This document shows positions 10,606 through 19,898 of a stretch of 64,000 nt of DNA, one piece after another (position 1 is the first letter of the stretch; each line of letters starts with the position of its first letter). The translations under genes and the position numbers were made by a program. The stretch lies in assembly GCA_903825245.1 (NCBI GenBank), contig CAIJZX010000012.1:76059-140058 (forward strand). Direction: 5' to 3'. Under the pieces are notes generated by a model. That model saw nothing but the letters and a program-made list of their open reading frames with translations. It ran no database searches and was not told the origin of the DNA. Origin of the DNA: Candidatus Kerfeldbacteria bacterium. Its GTDB lineage: Bacteria > Patescibacteriota > Patescibacteriia > SBBC01 > CAIJZX01.

Positions 10606-10671
10606 TACAAGCAAACGATTTGAAATACAGCCCGAGTGCTGTTTTATGGTTCCTGTGCTAAACTTTAGGAC

Positions 10672-12411
10672 ATGGAAGACACACATGGTGATGTACATAA
10701 GAGTGCGTTCAAGCCGCAACGAGCACGAGTAGCTTTGGTGGGTTTGATTATTATTGGTATAGGCACGCTTATTATCCAACCGTCTTCGACACCTATCGTC
10801 AAAGCTCAAACGACCACGGTGTCTACCTACAACACCAACTCCCCGCACTGGTCACATATTAATATTGCCGACTTCGGAACAAACCTCCGTGCCCTCCAAC
10901 CCGGAGCTATACAACAAGCCGGGTACGAATGGTATGCCAGTCATGTTGACTCCCTAACCGTAGGTATGAATACGTTTTCCTACCCTGATAGTACCTCCAC
11001 CCAGGCAGCCACGATGAAATCACTCAATCCAACCATCAATACCGTTGGAAGTGATATTGATTTATTCATGTGTGAGCACTTTGGTTGTTGGAAAACCAAT
11101 GCAACGAACACGAATCAAAACAACCTGCCGGAGGAGTACTACCTTCACTTTTCTCAGAATACGCATATCGATTTTTTTAACCATGATCACGTCACCCCAG
11201 TCGGCTCGGTTGATATACCCGGCTGTCCGGATACCGGTCCCGTGACTGCTGCCTGTCGAGTCCAACTCTTCGAGTATGGAGAAGATACGGCTTGGCTTCC
11301 GAATACAAAAAGTACCGCTTGGCGAACCTGGTACGCCGACAACCTGCTGAGCAATATGGCCGTCACCGGGAGCGTTAGTAATCCAATCGATACTGTTTTT
11401 TTCGATGGTCACGGCATGTCCGGTTTTTCCGGAGCCATGTATGTTGGTAGTGCATTGGAAAACAGGATTACCACTGGCGGCGGTATTCGTGAATACGGAG
11501 GCAAGGCGCCACGCGATTTTAGCGTTGACCCATACCACGGTGACACTTTAGCTCAGGCTGACGCGCTCGACACCGAGTGGTCATCCGATGTTACGAGTTG
11601 GTTGGCTTATTTACGGTCTCGTCTTGCTGCCGTCGGAAAAAATATTCGCATCAACACCGGCACGACAATTTATGAGCCGTTGATATTTCAAGAAGTGCTG
11701 GCAGCCAACGGCGTTTTACCGGAGTACTTCAATTCCGCATACGGATTCGCATTTGGTGCGACTCAGTATACACCGTTCTTGCACAGTGTCCGGCAAGTGA
11801 CCGCAGCTGGCGGAACGGTTGATTTATATTTCCGTCCCTGCGCCGACAAACCCGCAGATCTTGCTACGTTCTTTTATACCTCGCCCGGTAATTACGATAC
11901 CGCGGTCAACAGATTCCGAATGTGGAACTTAGCCGGCTACTATATGGCGAAAGAGTCGACCAACGAATCCGGGAAAGTGTATTTTGATCCAACATTCTGT
12001 TTTGATTACACCAGTACGACCCCCGCACAAGATCTCGAGGCACAGTGGTTGAAAGCCTATGAACACGACGTCGGCCAGCCTGTCGGCGAACCTTCGGTTA
12101 TCCAGGAAGGAAAGGTCACCTGTCCGTCTAATGGGCATACCGATCCATCGGACGCCTACCATATCTATTCTCGACAGTATTCGAAAGCGCTCATTCTGCT
12201 CCGTACTCGTGACGCTTTATACTGCGAAACCTACGGCGATCCCACCATCGTCAATGTCCCTCTCTCTTCGTCAATGGTCATGCTCGAAGCAGATGGCACA
12301 TACTCCGCACCAATGACGTCCGTACCGATTCGCAACGGTGAAGCAGTCATTATGGTTCCCGCTCCGGACACCACAGCACCCGGCGCCATACACGATCTAC
12401 AAACGAAGTAA
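10672..12411 (+). CDS. secreted protein of unknown function, tandem paralog B
   Basis: The 579 aa protein has a signal anchor and is collinear with paralog A over its full length. Confidence 0.55.
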   Translation: MEDTHGDVHKSAFKPQRARVALVGLIIIGIGTLIIQPSSTPIVKAQTTTVSTYNTNSPHWSHINIADFGTNLRALQPGAIQQAGYEWYASHVDSLTVGMNTFSYPDSTSTQAATMKSLNPTINTVGSDIDLFMCEHFGCWKTNATNTNQNNLPEEYYLHFSQNTHIDFFNHDHVTPVGSVDIPGCPDTGPVTAACRVQLFEYGEDTAWLPNTKSTAWRTWYADNLLSNMAVTGSVSNPIDTVFFDGHGMSGFSGAMYVGSALENRITTGGGIREYGGKAPRDFSVDPYHGDTLAQADALDTEWSSDVTSWLAYLRSRLAAVGKNIRINTGTTIYEPLIFQEVLAANGVLPEYFNSAYGFAFGATQYTPFLHSVRQVTAAGGTVDLYFRPCADKPADLATFFYTSPGNYDTAVNRFRMWNLAGYYMAKESTNESGKVYFDPTFCFDYTSTTPAQDLEAQWLKAYEHDVGQPVGEPSVIQEGKVTCPSNGHTDPSDAYHIYSRQYSKALILLRTRDALYCETYGDPTIVNVPLSSSMVMLEADGTYSAPMTSVPIRNGEAVIMVPAPDTTAPGAIHDLQTK

Positions 12412-12537
12412 GCATTGAACCGGTTTTCAACGGTAGATGATTGACTGGATCAACGGAATTTGGTAGGGTTTTTATGTTAACGACCTTTCAGCAATTGTGC
12501 TGTGGGGCCGCTCTTTGACATCTCAAAGGAGGTTCAC

Positions 12538-14016
12538 ATGTCTCGTTCATCGTTCAGTCTGCTGTGCTTCTGCGTACTTCTCTTCGCCCAAAGTGTTCAC
12601 GCGCAAATTTCACCTTGGCCGTCAATTCAACACGACCAGTACCACACCGGTCGGACTTCAGTCACTGGACCGGCAACCGCGGACACTTCGTGGACGCGCC
12701 TGCTCGACGGCGACATACTGGGCGCAAATACCGCACCGGTCATCAGTACCACTGGCGCGATCTTGATCGGAACAACCCAGGGTCATGTCTTTGCCTACGA
12801 CGCATCAGGCCAGCGCCTGTGGAAGATCACCCTGCCCGGCACAATCAGTGCCCCGCTCGGCGTCGCGGATAATGGCCGAATCCTGGTGTCCACGGAAAAT
12901 GATTCATGCTACGTCCTTGATCCGAACGGCCTGGTACTCTCGCGACTCTTCATCGGTTTCGCCAACAGCGGACCGACCATGGTCGGCGATATCGCCTACC
13001 TATCTGGGAACTATAACGGCGCCGGTTTCGTTTTCAAGATCGATATGGATGTCCTGTGGTATACCGCGCAATCGAATAATCTATGGCAGATTGATCGATC
13101 GTCGCCCATCGTCACTCTTGGCGGGCAGGTCGTCGTCGGCACCACCGAAAACGTTTTCCCGTACAACTCGTCGGGTCATATTTCGGTGCTCGATGCGAAC
13201 TGCCAGGAGATCTGCTCCTACAACGTCGGATTTTTCAATGGCCGAGGTGTCCGCAGTTCAGTTTCACAAACCTCTACCGGTCGTATTGTTTGCGGTAGCG
13301 TCGGCGACAACGCATCACTGTACGGCGACGGCGCCTTCTGCAACAGTGACGTTACCTGCGGCGGTTGCGGTACAGGCGCCGGTCACTACTTCAGTTCTCC
13401 GGCGTTGTTAAGTAATGATACCGTCGTCCTCGGCACAAAGAATGGTCTCAGCCTGCGCGATCCGGCGGGGTGCGGACAAACCGCGCTCTATCCGACCGGA
13501 CCGATCCTCAATCCTTCACCGGTCGTCGACGGTCAAAACACGATCTACGTCGGCGACGATAATGGCAAGCTCTGGGCTTGGTCGTCTGCCGGCGTCAATA
13601 TCTGGAACCGTCAGCTCAACGCCGCCGCTACCGGCATCGCTATCGATGTACACGGCAACTTGTTCGTCGCCAGTACGCTCGGGCGATTGTACTGTTTCCG
13701 TGGTCCGAATCAGACTGCAGTAAATAGCGAACCTCAACCAGCGCACCTGCAACTGTCCGTTTGGCCAAATCCAGCGACCACGCAAACAACGTTGCAGCTG
13801 TCACCGCCGAAAGACGCTTTCGTCCACTGTGCCGTCTATGACCTGAGCGGCCGTCCAGTTATCACCCTTCTCGATGAACTTGTCACCGGTGGAACTCGAT
13901 CGATCACCTGGAATGGTCGGAATGAGCACGGCCAAAAAATCCCTTCCGGCATGTATTGGATTACTGCCCGTGCCGGCAACCAACGCATGACCAAAACCGT
14001 CGTCCTCCTTCCGTAG
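12538..14016 (+). CDS. beta-propeller (PQQ/BamB-like repeat) secreted protein with a T9SS-type C-terminal sorting domain
   Basis: AAGGAGG lies 6 nt upstream of the ATG at 12538. A signal peptide is followed by repeated G..V.A.D..G..LW blocks. The C-terminus (WPNPATTQTTLQL...VYDLSGRPVITLL...WNGRNEHGQKIPSGMYWI...VLL) matches the Por-secretion CTD pattern. The gene lies in a GC-rich patch. Confidence 0.6.
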   Translation: MSRSSFSLLCFCVLLFAQSVHAQISPWPSIQHDQYHTGRTSVTGPATADTSWTRLLDGDILGANTAPVISTTGAILIGTTQGHVFAYDASGQRLWKITLPGTISAPLGVADNGRILVSTENDSCYVLDPNGLVLSRLFIGFANSGPTMVGDIAYLSGNYNGAGFVFKIDMDVLWYTAQSNNLWQIDRSSPIVTLGGQVVVGTTENVFPYNSSGHISVLDANCQEICSYNVGFFNGRGVRSSVSQTSTGRIVCGSVGDNASLYGDGAFCNSDVTCGGCGTGAGHYFSSPALLSNDTVVLGTKNGLSLRDPAGCGQTALYPTGPILNPSPVVDGQNTIYVGDDNGKLWAWSSAGVNIWNRQLNAAATGIAIDVHGNLFVASTLGRLYCFRGPNQTAVNSEPQPAHLQLSVWPNPATTQTTLQLSPPKDAFVHCAVYDLSGRPVITLLDELVTGGTRSITWNGRNEHGQKIPSGMYWITARAGNQRMTKTVVLLP

Positions 14017-14024
14017 TACCTTCA

Positions 14025-14052
14025 CCGCATATACAACAGTATGCGGTTTTTT
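14025..14052 (+). terminator. rho-independent terminator
   Basis: The hairpin CCGCATA-tacaacag-TATGCGG is followed by TTTTTT. Confidence 0.5.
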
Positions 14053-14200
14053 CTTACCACGAAATTATGCTTCGAGGTTGGTGCTTGTATCATCTGCCGA
14101 CGATTTATAGACTGACGGCATTATACCGCCAGCGAGGCGAATTCTTTTTTCGCGAGCTTGAGGAGTTCTTGTTTGGAAATCATGCGCTCAATGATTAGTA

Positions 14201-14647
14201 TTAATAGTACCCGACCGACCACTCCACATTTTTAGGATTCACTTTAACAAACAGCTCATATGATGCTCCACCTGGCACGTCGGCGTAATAAAAAACGGAA
14301 TCACTATACCTTCTAACAGATAGCTCGCAAGTCTCCCCTTTTGGACAGTGAAGCGCTTGGTCTGCGTTAAAAAGTTGTTGTGCTTCCTGGTCGGATAATC
14401 GAAATGTACCGCGCATAGTTCCATCTCCCTTAAAGTCGGAATCTTCTTGAGATCGGATTAACTTCGTTTTATCAAATACAGCATCATTTTTTACCACCTC
14501 GTGGAGTGTAGTTAACAATCGTTGTGGCAGCGGCGGCGTGTGAATTAAGTAAAACACGTATGCTAGCCCGACTGAAATACAAAACAAACCGATTGCAATA
14601 CTAAATAACTGAATAATGGGGTGGAGCCGCTTCCAAAACTTGAGCAT
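14201..14647 (-). CDS. membrane-anchored hypothetical protein
   Basis: The 148 aa protein has an N-terminal TM helix. Confidence 0.35.
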   Translation of the reverse strand: MLKFWKRLHPIIQLFSIAIGLFCISVGLAYVFYLIHTPPLPQRLLTTLHEVVKNDAVFDKTKLIRSQEDSDFKGDGTMRGTFRLSDQEAQQLFNADQALHCPKGETCELSVRRYSDSVFYYADVPGGASYELFVKVNPKNVEWSVGYY

Positions 14648-14708
14648 AGTAGTCTTGCTTGTCTTTACGTTTGCATTCTCTTGTTAGAGAGATTTTTGGT
14701 TGAAGGAA

Positions 14709-15269
14709 TTAGCGGGTTTGACTCAGTAACTCGATAATCTCTTGCACAGTCCCCGTCTCACCAAGCCGCGGGAAAATTCGCGTGATACTATTTGTTTGCG
14801 CATCGATATTCATATCCGTCATAGCATCGATCGCTAATGTCACGCTGTACCCATGTTCGTGGGCTGAGCGGGCAGTGGATTCGACGCCAGCGCTTGTCGC
14901 AATTCCGCACACAACAACTTGCGTTACGCCGCAGTCTTTGAGATACGCATCAAGGTCAGTGTTCGTGAACGCGCCCCAACTGCGCTTCGTTACCAGTTTA
15001 TCGCTGGATTCTTTATGCAACTCCGGTACGAGTTCCGCCCAATCAGCCGGACGCTGTCCGACCGACATTTTTTGCTCTACCCGTCCTGGCGCTCCGCCGG
15101 TAACATTCACTAAGACTACCGGCAATTTGTGGTGATGGAAGACATCGAGCAGGTCGTTCGTTCGCGCCACAACATCATTCGCCGCCGTCAGATTGGGACG
15201 GCCGGCAATGCCTTTTTGGAGGTCAATGACGACCAGAGCGGTTTTTGGATCGAGGGTGGTTAATGCCAT
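14709..15269 (-). CDS. isochorismatase-family cysteine hydrolase
   Basis: ALVVIDLQ, VVCGIATSAGVEST and the overall 186 aa pattern match the family. Confidence 0.75.
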   Translation of the reverse strand: MALTTLDPKTALVVIDLQKGIAGRPNLTAANDVVARTNDLLDVFHHHKLPVVLVNVTGGAPGRVEQKMSVGQRPADWAELVPELHKESSDKLVTKRSWGAFTNTDLDAYLKDCGVTQVVVCGIATSAGVESTARSAHEHGYSVTLAIDAMTDMNIDAQTNSITRIFPRLGETGTVQEIIELLSQTR

Positions 15270-15295
15270 GCGATAACAATGCGTATTGATAATTA

Positions 15296-15772
15296 TTAGA
15301 CCTCCGTTTCGCCATCCGCGGCATAGAGTTTTTCAATGCCGAGTTCTTTTTTCTTTTTATCGACAAGGTCAAACATTTTTTCCATCGCTTCGGCGCGAGC
15401 AAAAGGGAAATCACGGATTGCTTCACTAATCGCGGCCAACCGCGCTACCGGCTGATATTGCTGGTTCTCAGCCTCGCTCTTGTCTGCCAAATTTATGATC
15501 ATCCCAGCAAATAATTCTTGCGCCCGATTATCATAGAGCGTTTTCATCTCTTCTTTTTCTGGTCCTTCCCCTAATGATTCAATTTCGATTTCCCAAATTC
15601 GTTGCAATCGTTGCAGCGGTACGTAGTGCTCATTCCCTTCGACTCGATCTGGAACATTGAGGTGTTGCTTAATTTCAGCAAAAGAAAATTCTTCAGGATG
15701 TCCCTCATGGAGTGCATCTCGAGCGCCAGCTTCGGCCGCATCTTCTGGTGTTATTTCGTCTTCTGATCCCAT
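15296..15772 (-). CDS. acidic hypothetical protein
   Basis: The 158 aa Glu-rich protein has no recognised domain. Confidence 0.4.
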   Translation of the reverse strand: MGSEDEITPEDAAEAGARDALHEGHPEEFSFAEIKQHLNVPDRVEGNEHYVPLQRLQRIWEIEIESLGEGPEKEEMKTLYDNRAQELFAGMIINLADKSEAENQQYQPVARLAAISEAIRDFPFARAEAMEKMFDLVDKKKKELGIEKLYAADGETEV

Positions 15773-15848
15773 ATGTTTTCGTTGAGTAAATAAGAGAGAC
15801 TCGTGTAGTATAGCACTAGACCAGACTCTTCATGAACGATGGTAACAC

Positions 15849-16436
15849 TTAATCATTCAACCCCAACCCTTCAAGAATTTGCTCGGTGCATTTTTCCACT
15901 CGCGCCGCTCGTGTGGCGGAAAGTTTTGGCGCAGAAAAAAATAATAAGTACCCGTGTTGCCGTCCGGGCGTCAAAGATTCAAACGCTGTCTTCAACGCCG
16001 GATTTTTCACCAGCGCTTGCTGAAACTCTTCGGCCATAGGAAACTCGCTAGTTTTTTTTAGCGGCACTTTCGCCCCAGACTTTTCTATATTAATTGCCTC
16101 CTGGAGATATTTTTTCAAAGTGGATTTCAGCTTAACGATCTCCTGAACGCTGGTAAACCGAATGTGTCGTGCGGCCTGGACGTTTGACGTTTGTTGAACG
16201 AGTACATGCTTCGGATCTTTCAGTAAAACACCTTTCACCAACAGCGCCGCGCAGTAGTCTTTAAAGTAATGCAAGAGCGCAACATTTTTACCTGCGAGTG
16301 TGTATGTCGGCACGCCCCACTTTAATTCCTCGTTCAAACCGGCATCAAGAATGATAGCGCGTAGTTTTTTCAATTCCGCCTGCCATGGTGTTGGTTTGTT
16401 GAAGTACCAATCAACCTTAGGATTTGGCGTATTCAT
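15849..16436 (-). CDS. YdeI/OmpD-associated (DUF1801-like) protein
   Basis: The likely start (MNTPNPKVDWYF) is at 16436. The C-terminus (GRQHGYLLFFSAPK..TRAARVEKC) is typical of the family. Confidence 0.5.
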   Translation of the reverse strand: MNTPNPKVDWYFNKPTPWQAELKKLRAIILDAGLNEELKWGVPTYTLAGKNVALLHYFKDYCAALLVKGVLLKDPKHVLVQQTSNVQAARHIRFTSVQEIVKLKSTLKKYLQEAINIEKSGAKVPLKKTSEFPMAEEFQQALVKNPALKTAFESLTPGRQHGYLLFFSAPKLSATRAARVEKCTEQILEGLGLND

Positions 16437-16515
16437 AGTGGACTCAGTATAGCACGAACTTGTATGCGTTTCTGAAAAGCGTATACTACAAGTGTTTATC
16501 AATGAATTCACACCT

Positions 16516-17055
16516 ATGACCTCACCCACCCTGCGTGTCATCGCGCTCACCGCTCTCGGCGGTTGTGCCCTTCTTTTGGCTGGCTGTTCTAAAAAGACGG
16601 TCGATGAAACGGCCAATATCAACAAAGCCCCAAAGATTGCCGTTTGTACATCGGCTGGACTCACCGCGTCGTTGAACGGCATCACGGGTACGGCTGGCAC
16701 ATACTACACAACCCTGACCGTCACGAACACCGGCACATCATCGTGTGTATTGAAAGGGAAAGCAAAACTCGCACTCCTCAATGCCAATGCTGAAGAGCTT
16801 GGTAATGTCTCGTCACCGGATACGAATATGACACTCACCCCGGGTGAGCCGATTTACGCTTCGGTCGCATTCCCCGACGCCAGCAATTATGCCGATACGA
16901 ATGCCTGTAAATCCGGCGGCGTGATCGTGAACTTCTACGCCCCGGGTCAATCCGCGCCAATCCAAGCCTACGACACCCGTACGGTAAAAGCTAACTGGGC
17001 TGTTCACGCCTGTCCGGGGTTTGCCCTTAATGCGTTTTCAACGGTCAAACCGTAA
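16516..17055 (+). CDS. DUF4232-like lipoprotein
   Basis: A signal peptide with LLLAGCS cysteine is followed by a C...L.GL..SL......T.TN.G..SC.L.G pattern. Confidence 0.45.
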   Translation: MTSPTLRVIALTALGGCALLLAGCSKKTVDETANINKAPKIAVCTSAGLTASLNGITGTAGTYYTTLTVTNTGTSSCVLKGKAKLALLNANAEELGNVSSPDTNMTLTPGEPIYASVAFPDASNYADTNACKSGGVIVNFYAPGQSAPIQAYDTRTVKANWAVHACPGFALNAFSTVKP

Positions 17056-17074
17056 CACCAACAACGTTACCAAG

Positions 17075-17099
17075 GACCGCCGCCAGGCGGTCTTTTGTT
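17075..17099 (+). terminator. rho-independent terminator
   Basis: GACCGCC-gcca-GGCGGTC is followed by TTTTGTT. Confidence 0.45.
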
Positions 17100-17117
17100 A
17101 TCCAGACGATAACACTC

Positions 17118-17146
17118 TTGACGCCTTTACTACTCGGTGATACTAT
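17118..17146 (+). promoter_or_regulatory. sigma70-like promoter upstream of padR
   Basis: TTGACG is separated by 17 nt from TACTAT. The palindromes TAGTACTA and TAACTATCTAGTTA follow. Confidence 0.4.
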
Positions 17147-17187
17147 CTACTAGTACTACGTATAACTATCTAGTTATCCACAACCCC

Positions 17188-17517
17188 ATGGACAATATTA
17201 CCGAAATGCTCAAAGGCGTGCTCGAAGGTTGCGTCCTCGAGATCATCAGCCGCAAGAAAACCTACGGCTACGCCATCACTGCCGCCCTTCGCGAGCTTGG
17301 GTTTACGGACGTGGTCGAAGGAACCGTGTACACGATTCTCTTACGCCTCGAAGCGAATAAGCTGGTGGACATCACGAAAGAACCTTCCGACGTCGGTCCC
17401 CCGCGGAAATTCTATACCCTGAACGCGAAGGGGCGCAAAGAGTTGGCCAGCTTTTGGGAAAAGTGGAAATTCATCTCTTCACACATTAACGAATTAAAGG
17501 GACAACATCATGCATAA
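17188..17517 (+). CDS. PadR-family transcriptional regulator
   Basis: LEGCVLEIIS..KTYGYAIT..L..LGF....EGTVYTILLRLE matches PadR. The likely start (MDNITE) is at 17188. Confidence 0.75.
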   Translation: MDNITEMLKGVLEGCVLEIISRKKTYGYAITAALRELGFTDVVEGTVYTILLRLEANKLVDITKEPSDVGPPRKFYTLNAKGRKELASFWEKWKFISSHINELKGQHHA

Positions 17518-17851
17518 ATTCCTCAAGAAAATCATCGGCGATAAACAGGCGTGGAAAAAGTTAGAGGCGCGATCGAAAGCACTGCCGAACGACTATCAGA
17601 TCGTGTATAACGAAATAAAAAGCTACATGTTTAACCTGTGGCGGTTCGAGACCTCGGCCGGTAACGAAGCGGAAAGCATGGCCGTGTTAGAAGATTTACT
17701 CAACCTCTTCGAGGCGGGCGCTGGATCAGGAAAGACAGTGCTCGAGGTCACAGGCAAAGACGTCGCGGCGTTCTGCGATGATCTGTTTCACGCCACGGAA
17801 TCTTGGCGCAAGAAGCTCAACGCGAGTATTGCGAGAAAGTTGGGGCAGTAG
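17510..17851 (+). CDS. DUF1048-like protein (PadR partner)
   Basis: The 113 aa gene overlaps the padR stop; this pairing is typical. Confidence 0.55.
   Translation: MHKFLKKIIGDKQAWKKLEARSKALPNDYQIVYNEIKSYMFNLWRFETSAGNEAESMAVLEDLLNLFEAGAGSGKTVLEVTGKDVAAFCDDLFHATESWRKKLNASIARKLGQ
17744..17851 (+). repeat. direct repeat copy 1 (3' end of the DUF1048 gene)
   Basis: These 107 bp are about 92% identical to 18684-18791. Confidence 0.7.
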
Positions 17852-17988
17852 CTGGAACGTGTGAGTTCTCGACACAGACCTACGAGCAGAAGAATATAAC
17901 CTATTCTATTACAGATTTCTCAAAAAACTGCTTGACATATACAAAGCCACAAACCATACTAGTAGAAGTATTCGATAATAAAACACTT

Positions 17989-18657
17989 ATGACAATAAAA
18001 CTTCCTGGTAATACCAATATCCCAGAGACCTACATCTGGCGACTTTCAGAACACAAAGCACCAAGCGGATGCACCTGGCGCGGGAAATCACTTATTTGGT
18101 CATTTGATCGAAGTAATCCAGCGAATGCCATCCTCAAAGCACGGGGTGGCCGAACTATCGCGCTCCGATGTTTGTGGATGGCAACCGCCACTATTATTGA
18201 CTCTTCTCGATTACTTATTCAAACGACGGTACCTACCGGCACTGATCTTCTCCTTGTTGATTTTCGTTCCCCGGTTGTGAAGAAAAGCAGACTCCACCTC
18301 CCCCATCAAACGTCGGGTACGCTTGCAATCCCATCAATCCCACCAGCGTTCCAAGCACTCGCGGAAGGTGGGCTCGACGAAATAGTCTTCTTTGAAGACC
18401 GTTCAAAGGATGTCGGCCAGGCCACTCTCCATATCGTCAATCTGTCCCAGAAACGTGATCAGATAATACCGCAAACGTGGTATCCAAAAATCAAGAATTT
18501 TGATCCTGGGTATACCTACCTCGTTGATGCGATTCGTTCAAAATCAGGTGGTTCGATTTTTGGCTGGGGTGCCCGACTTGGGTTCTTCCAACTTACCGCC
18601 AACGGACGTACACTGTCTAAATGGATTGTCCGCGATCCGTTTTATCTCATGCGGTAG
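17989..18657 (+). CDS. hypothetical protein carried on an approximately 830 bp insertion
   Basis: It lies in the AT-rich segment between the two 107-bp repeats. The ORF-track start at 17803 reads through from the DUF1048 gene in another frame; the first internal ATG is at 17989. Confidence 0.35.
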   Translation: MTIKLPGNTNIPETYIWRLSEHKAPSGCTWRGKSLIWSFDRSNPANAILKARGGRTIALRCLWMATATIIDSSRLLIQTTVPTGTDLLLVDFRSPVVKKSRLHLPHQTSGTLAIPSIPPAFQALAEGGLDEIVFFEDRSKDVGQATLHIVNLSQKRDQIIPQTWYPKIKNFDPGYTYLVDAIRSKSGGSIFGWGARLGFFQLTANGRTLSKWIVRDPFYLMR

Positions 18658-18683
18658 ATTCGTAATTGCACTAAAACGCCCTA

Positions 18684-18791
18684 GAGGTCACGGGCAAAGA
18701 CGTCGCGGCGTTCTGCGATGATCTCTTCCACGCTACGGAATCTTGGCGCAAGAAGCTCAACGCGAATATTGCGAGGAAGTTGGGGAATTAA
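18684..18791 (+). pseudogene. duplicated 3' fragment of the DUF1048 gene (direct repeat copy 2)
   Basis: It encodes ...EVTGKDVAAFCDDLFHATESWRKKLNANIARKLGN* with no start codon or 5' part. Confidence 0.5.
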
Positions 18792-18812
18792 GACGACGGT
18801 ATAGTCGGTAAG

Positions 18813-19820
18813 CTAGTGATGACCCGGCCATATCGTCCAGAAAACCAAGACGATAGTCGAAACCGCTGCTAGAACCATGACAAAATTAAACCAAGTCCCC
18901 TGAAACCATCTCCTTGACTCTGTGTTTTCCTTTGCAAGGTGTAATACGGGGTGGTTGACGGTTCCAGTGCTTGCTTGTCCTACATTTCCATGAATGATTT
19001 GGACATTGGCTGCAGGAATAGGTATTTGAGTAACTGGTTTTGGTTGTGGCTGAATATCCCAGCACTCCTTGGTTTTGATTTCGGTACCAGTTGGGATTGA
19101 AGTAAATACATCATGATCCACAGATGTAACTTCTTCTTGCTTCCGACCCATTGCATCAAGAGTTGGAGGATTCGGAATATGCCGCTTTTCGTCTACCGGG
19201 GTTGTAAACCGAGCGAACACTGGAGCGTGTTTGCTAACATCTCTGATTAACGTTACGCTTGATACACTTTCAATGTTGTCTCCGGTTGGGTATTTAGCAA
19301 GCTCCGATTCACTTACCGGAGTAAATCTATCAAGGCGATAACCTAAAGCATTACGAGTTACACTATCCGGAATGTAGTATTTTTTATCTTTGAAAACTAC
19401 GAACTTTCGGTCGTTGACGTCTTGGATTAAGATCGCCTTACTCCATGCCCATTCAGAATCAAGTTGTTTTAATGTAAGTTCATAGGTTCGAGGGCTATTG
19501 TCAGTCCTAAACTTACGCTCGATTCTTCGTGATGGAAGACCCTTTTCAATTTCAATCCAAGACACTACCTGTGTAAGTTCTGTAAGTATATCCTCATCAA
19601 CTCGTTTTTTATTTGCGTCGTTACGAATCTGGTATCGAAGTAGGTCTTCAGAAATATCAACAAATATGTGCGTCACATCACCTGCGCTCCTCTGCGTCAC
19701 TTTAACAACCATTAGAGCCAAATCGTTGAATGGCCCCTCATACTGAAGTGGACTTATTTGAAGATCAAAAAGTCGTCCCTGTCTGTCCTGATATTCGGTT
19801 TGTATCGTTTGGCGTGGCAT
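18813..19820 (-). CDS. hypothetical protein with a C-terminal TM anchor
   Basis: The 335 aa protein is AT-rich and has no recognised domain. Confidence 0.4.
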   Translation of the reverse strand: MPRQTIQTEYQDRQGRLFDLQISPLQYEGPFNDLALMVVKVTQRSAGDVTHIFVDISEDLLRYQIRNDANKKRVDEDILTELTQVVSWIEIEKGLPSRRIERKFRTDNSPRTYELTLKQLDSEWAWSKAILIQDVNDRKFVVFKDKKYYIPDSVTRNALGYRLDRFTPVSESELAKYPTGDNIESVSSVTLIRDVSKHAPVFARFTTPVDEKRHIPNPPTLDAMGRKQEEVTSVDHDVFTSIPTGTEIKTKECWDIQPQPKPVTQIPIPAANVQIIHGNVGQASTGTVNHPVLHLAKENTESRRWFQGTWFNFVMVLAAVSTIVLVFWTIWPGHH

Positions 19821-19898
19821 AGAAAATAAACGCCTATAGTTTACGCCTGTCCGTTTCCCCTGTCTACAGCCCGCCGACGATTGACGAAATCCCCGATT

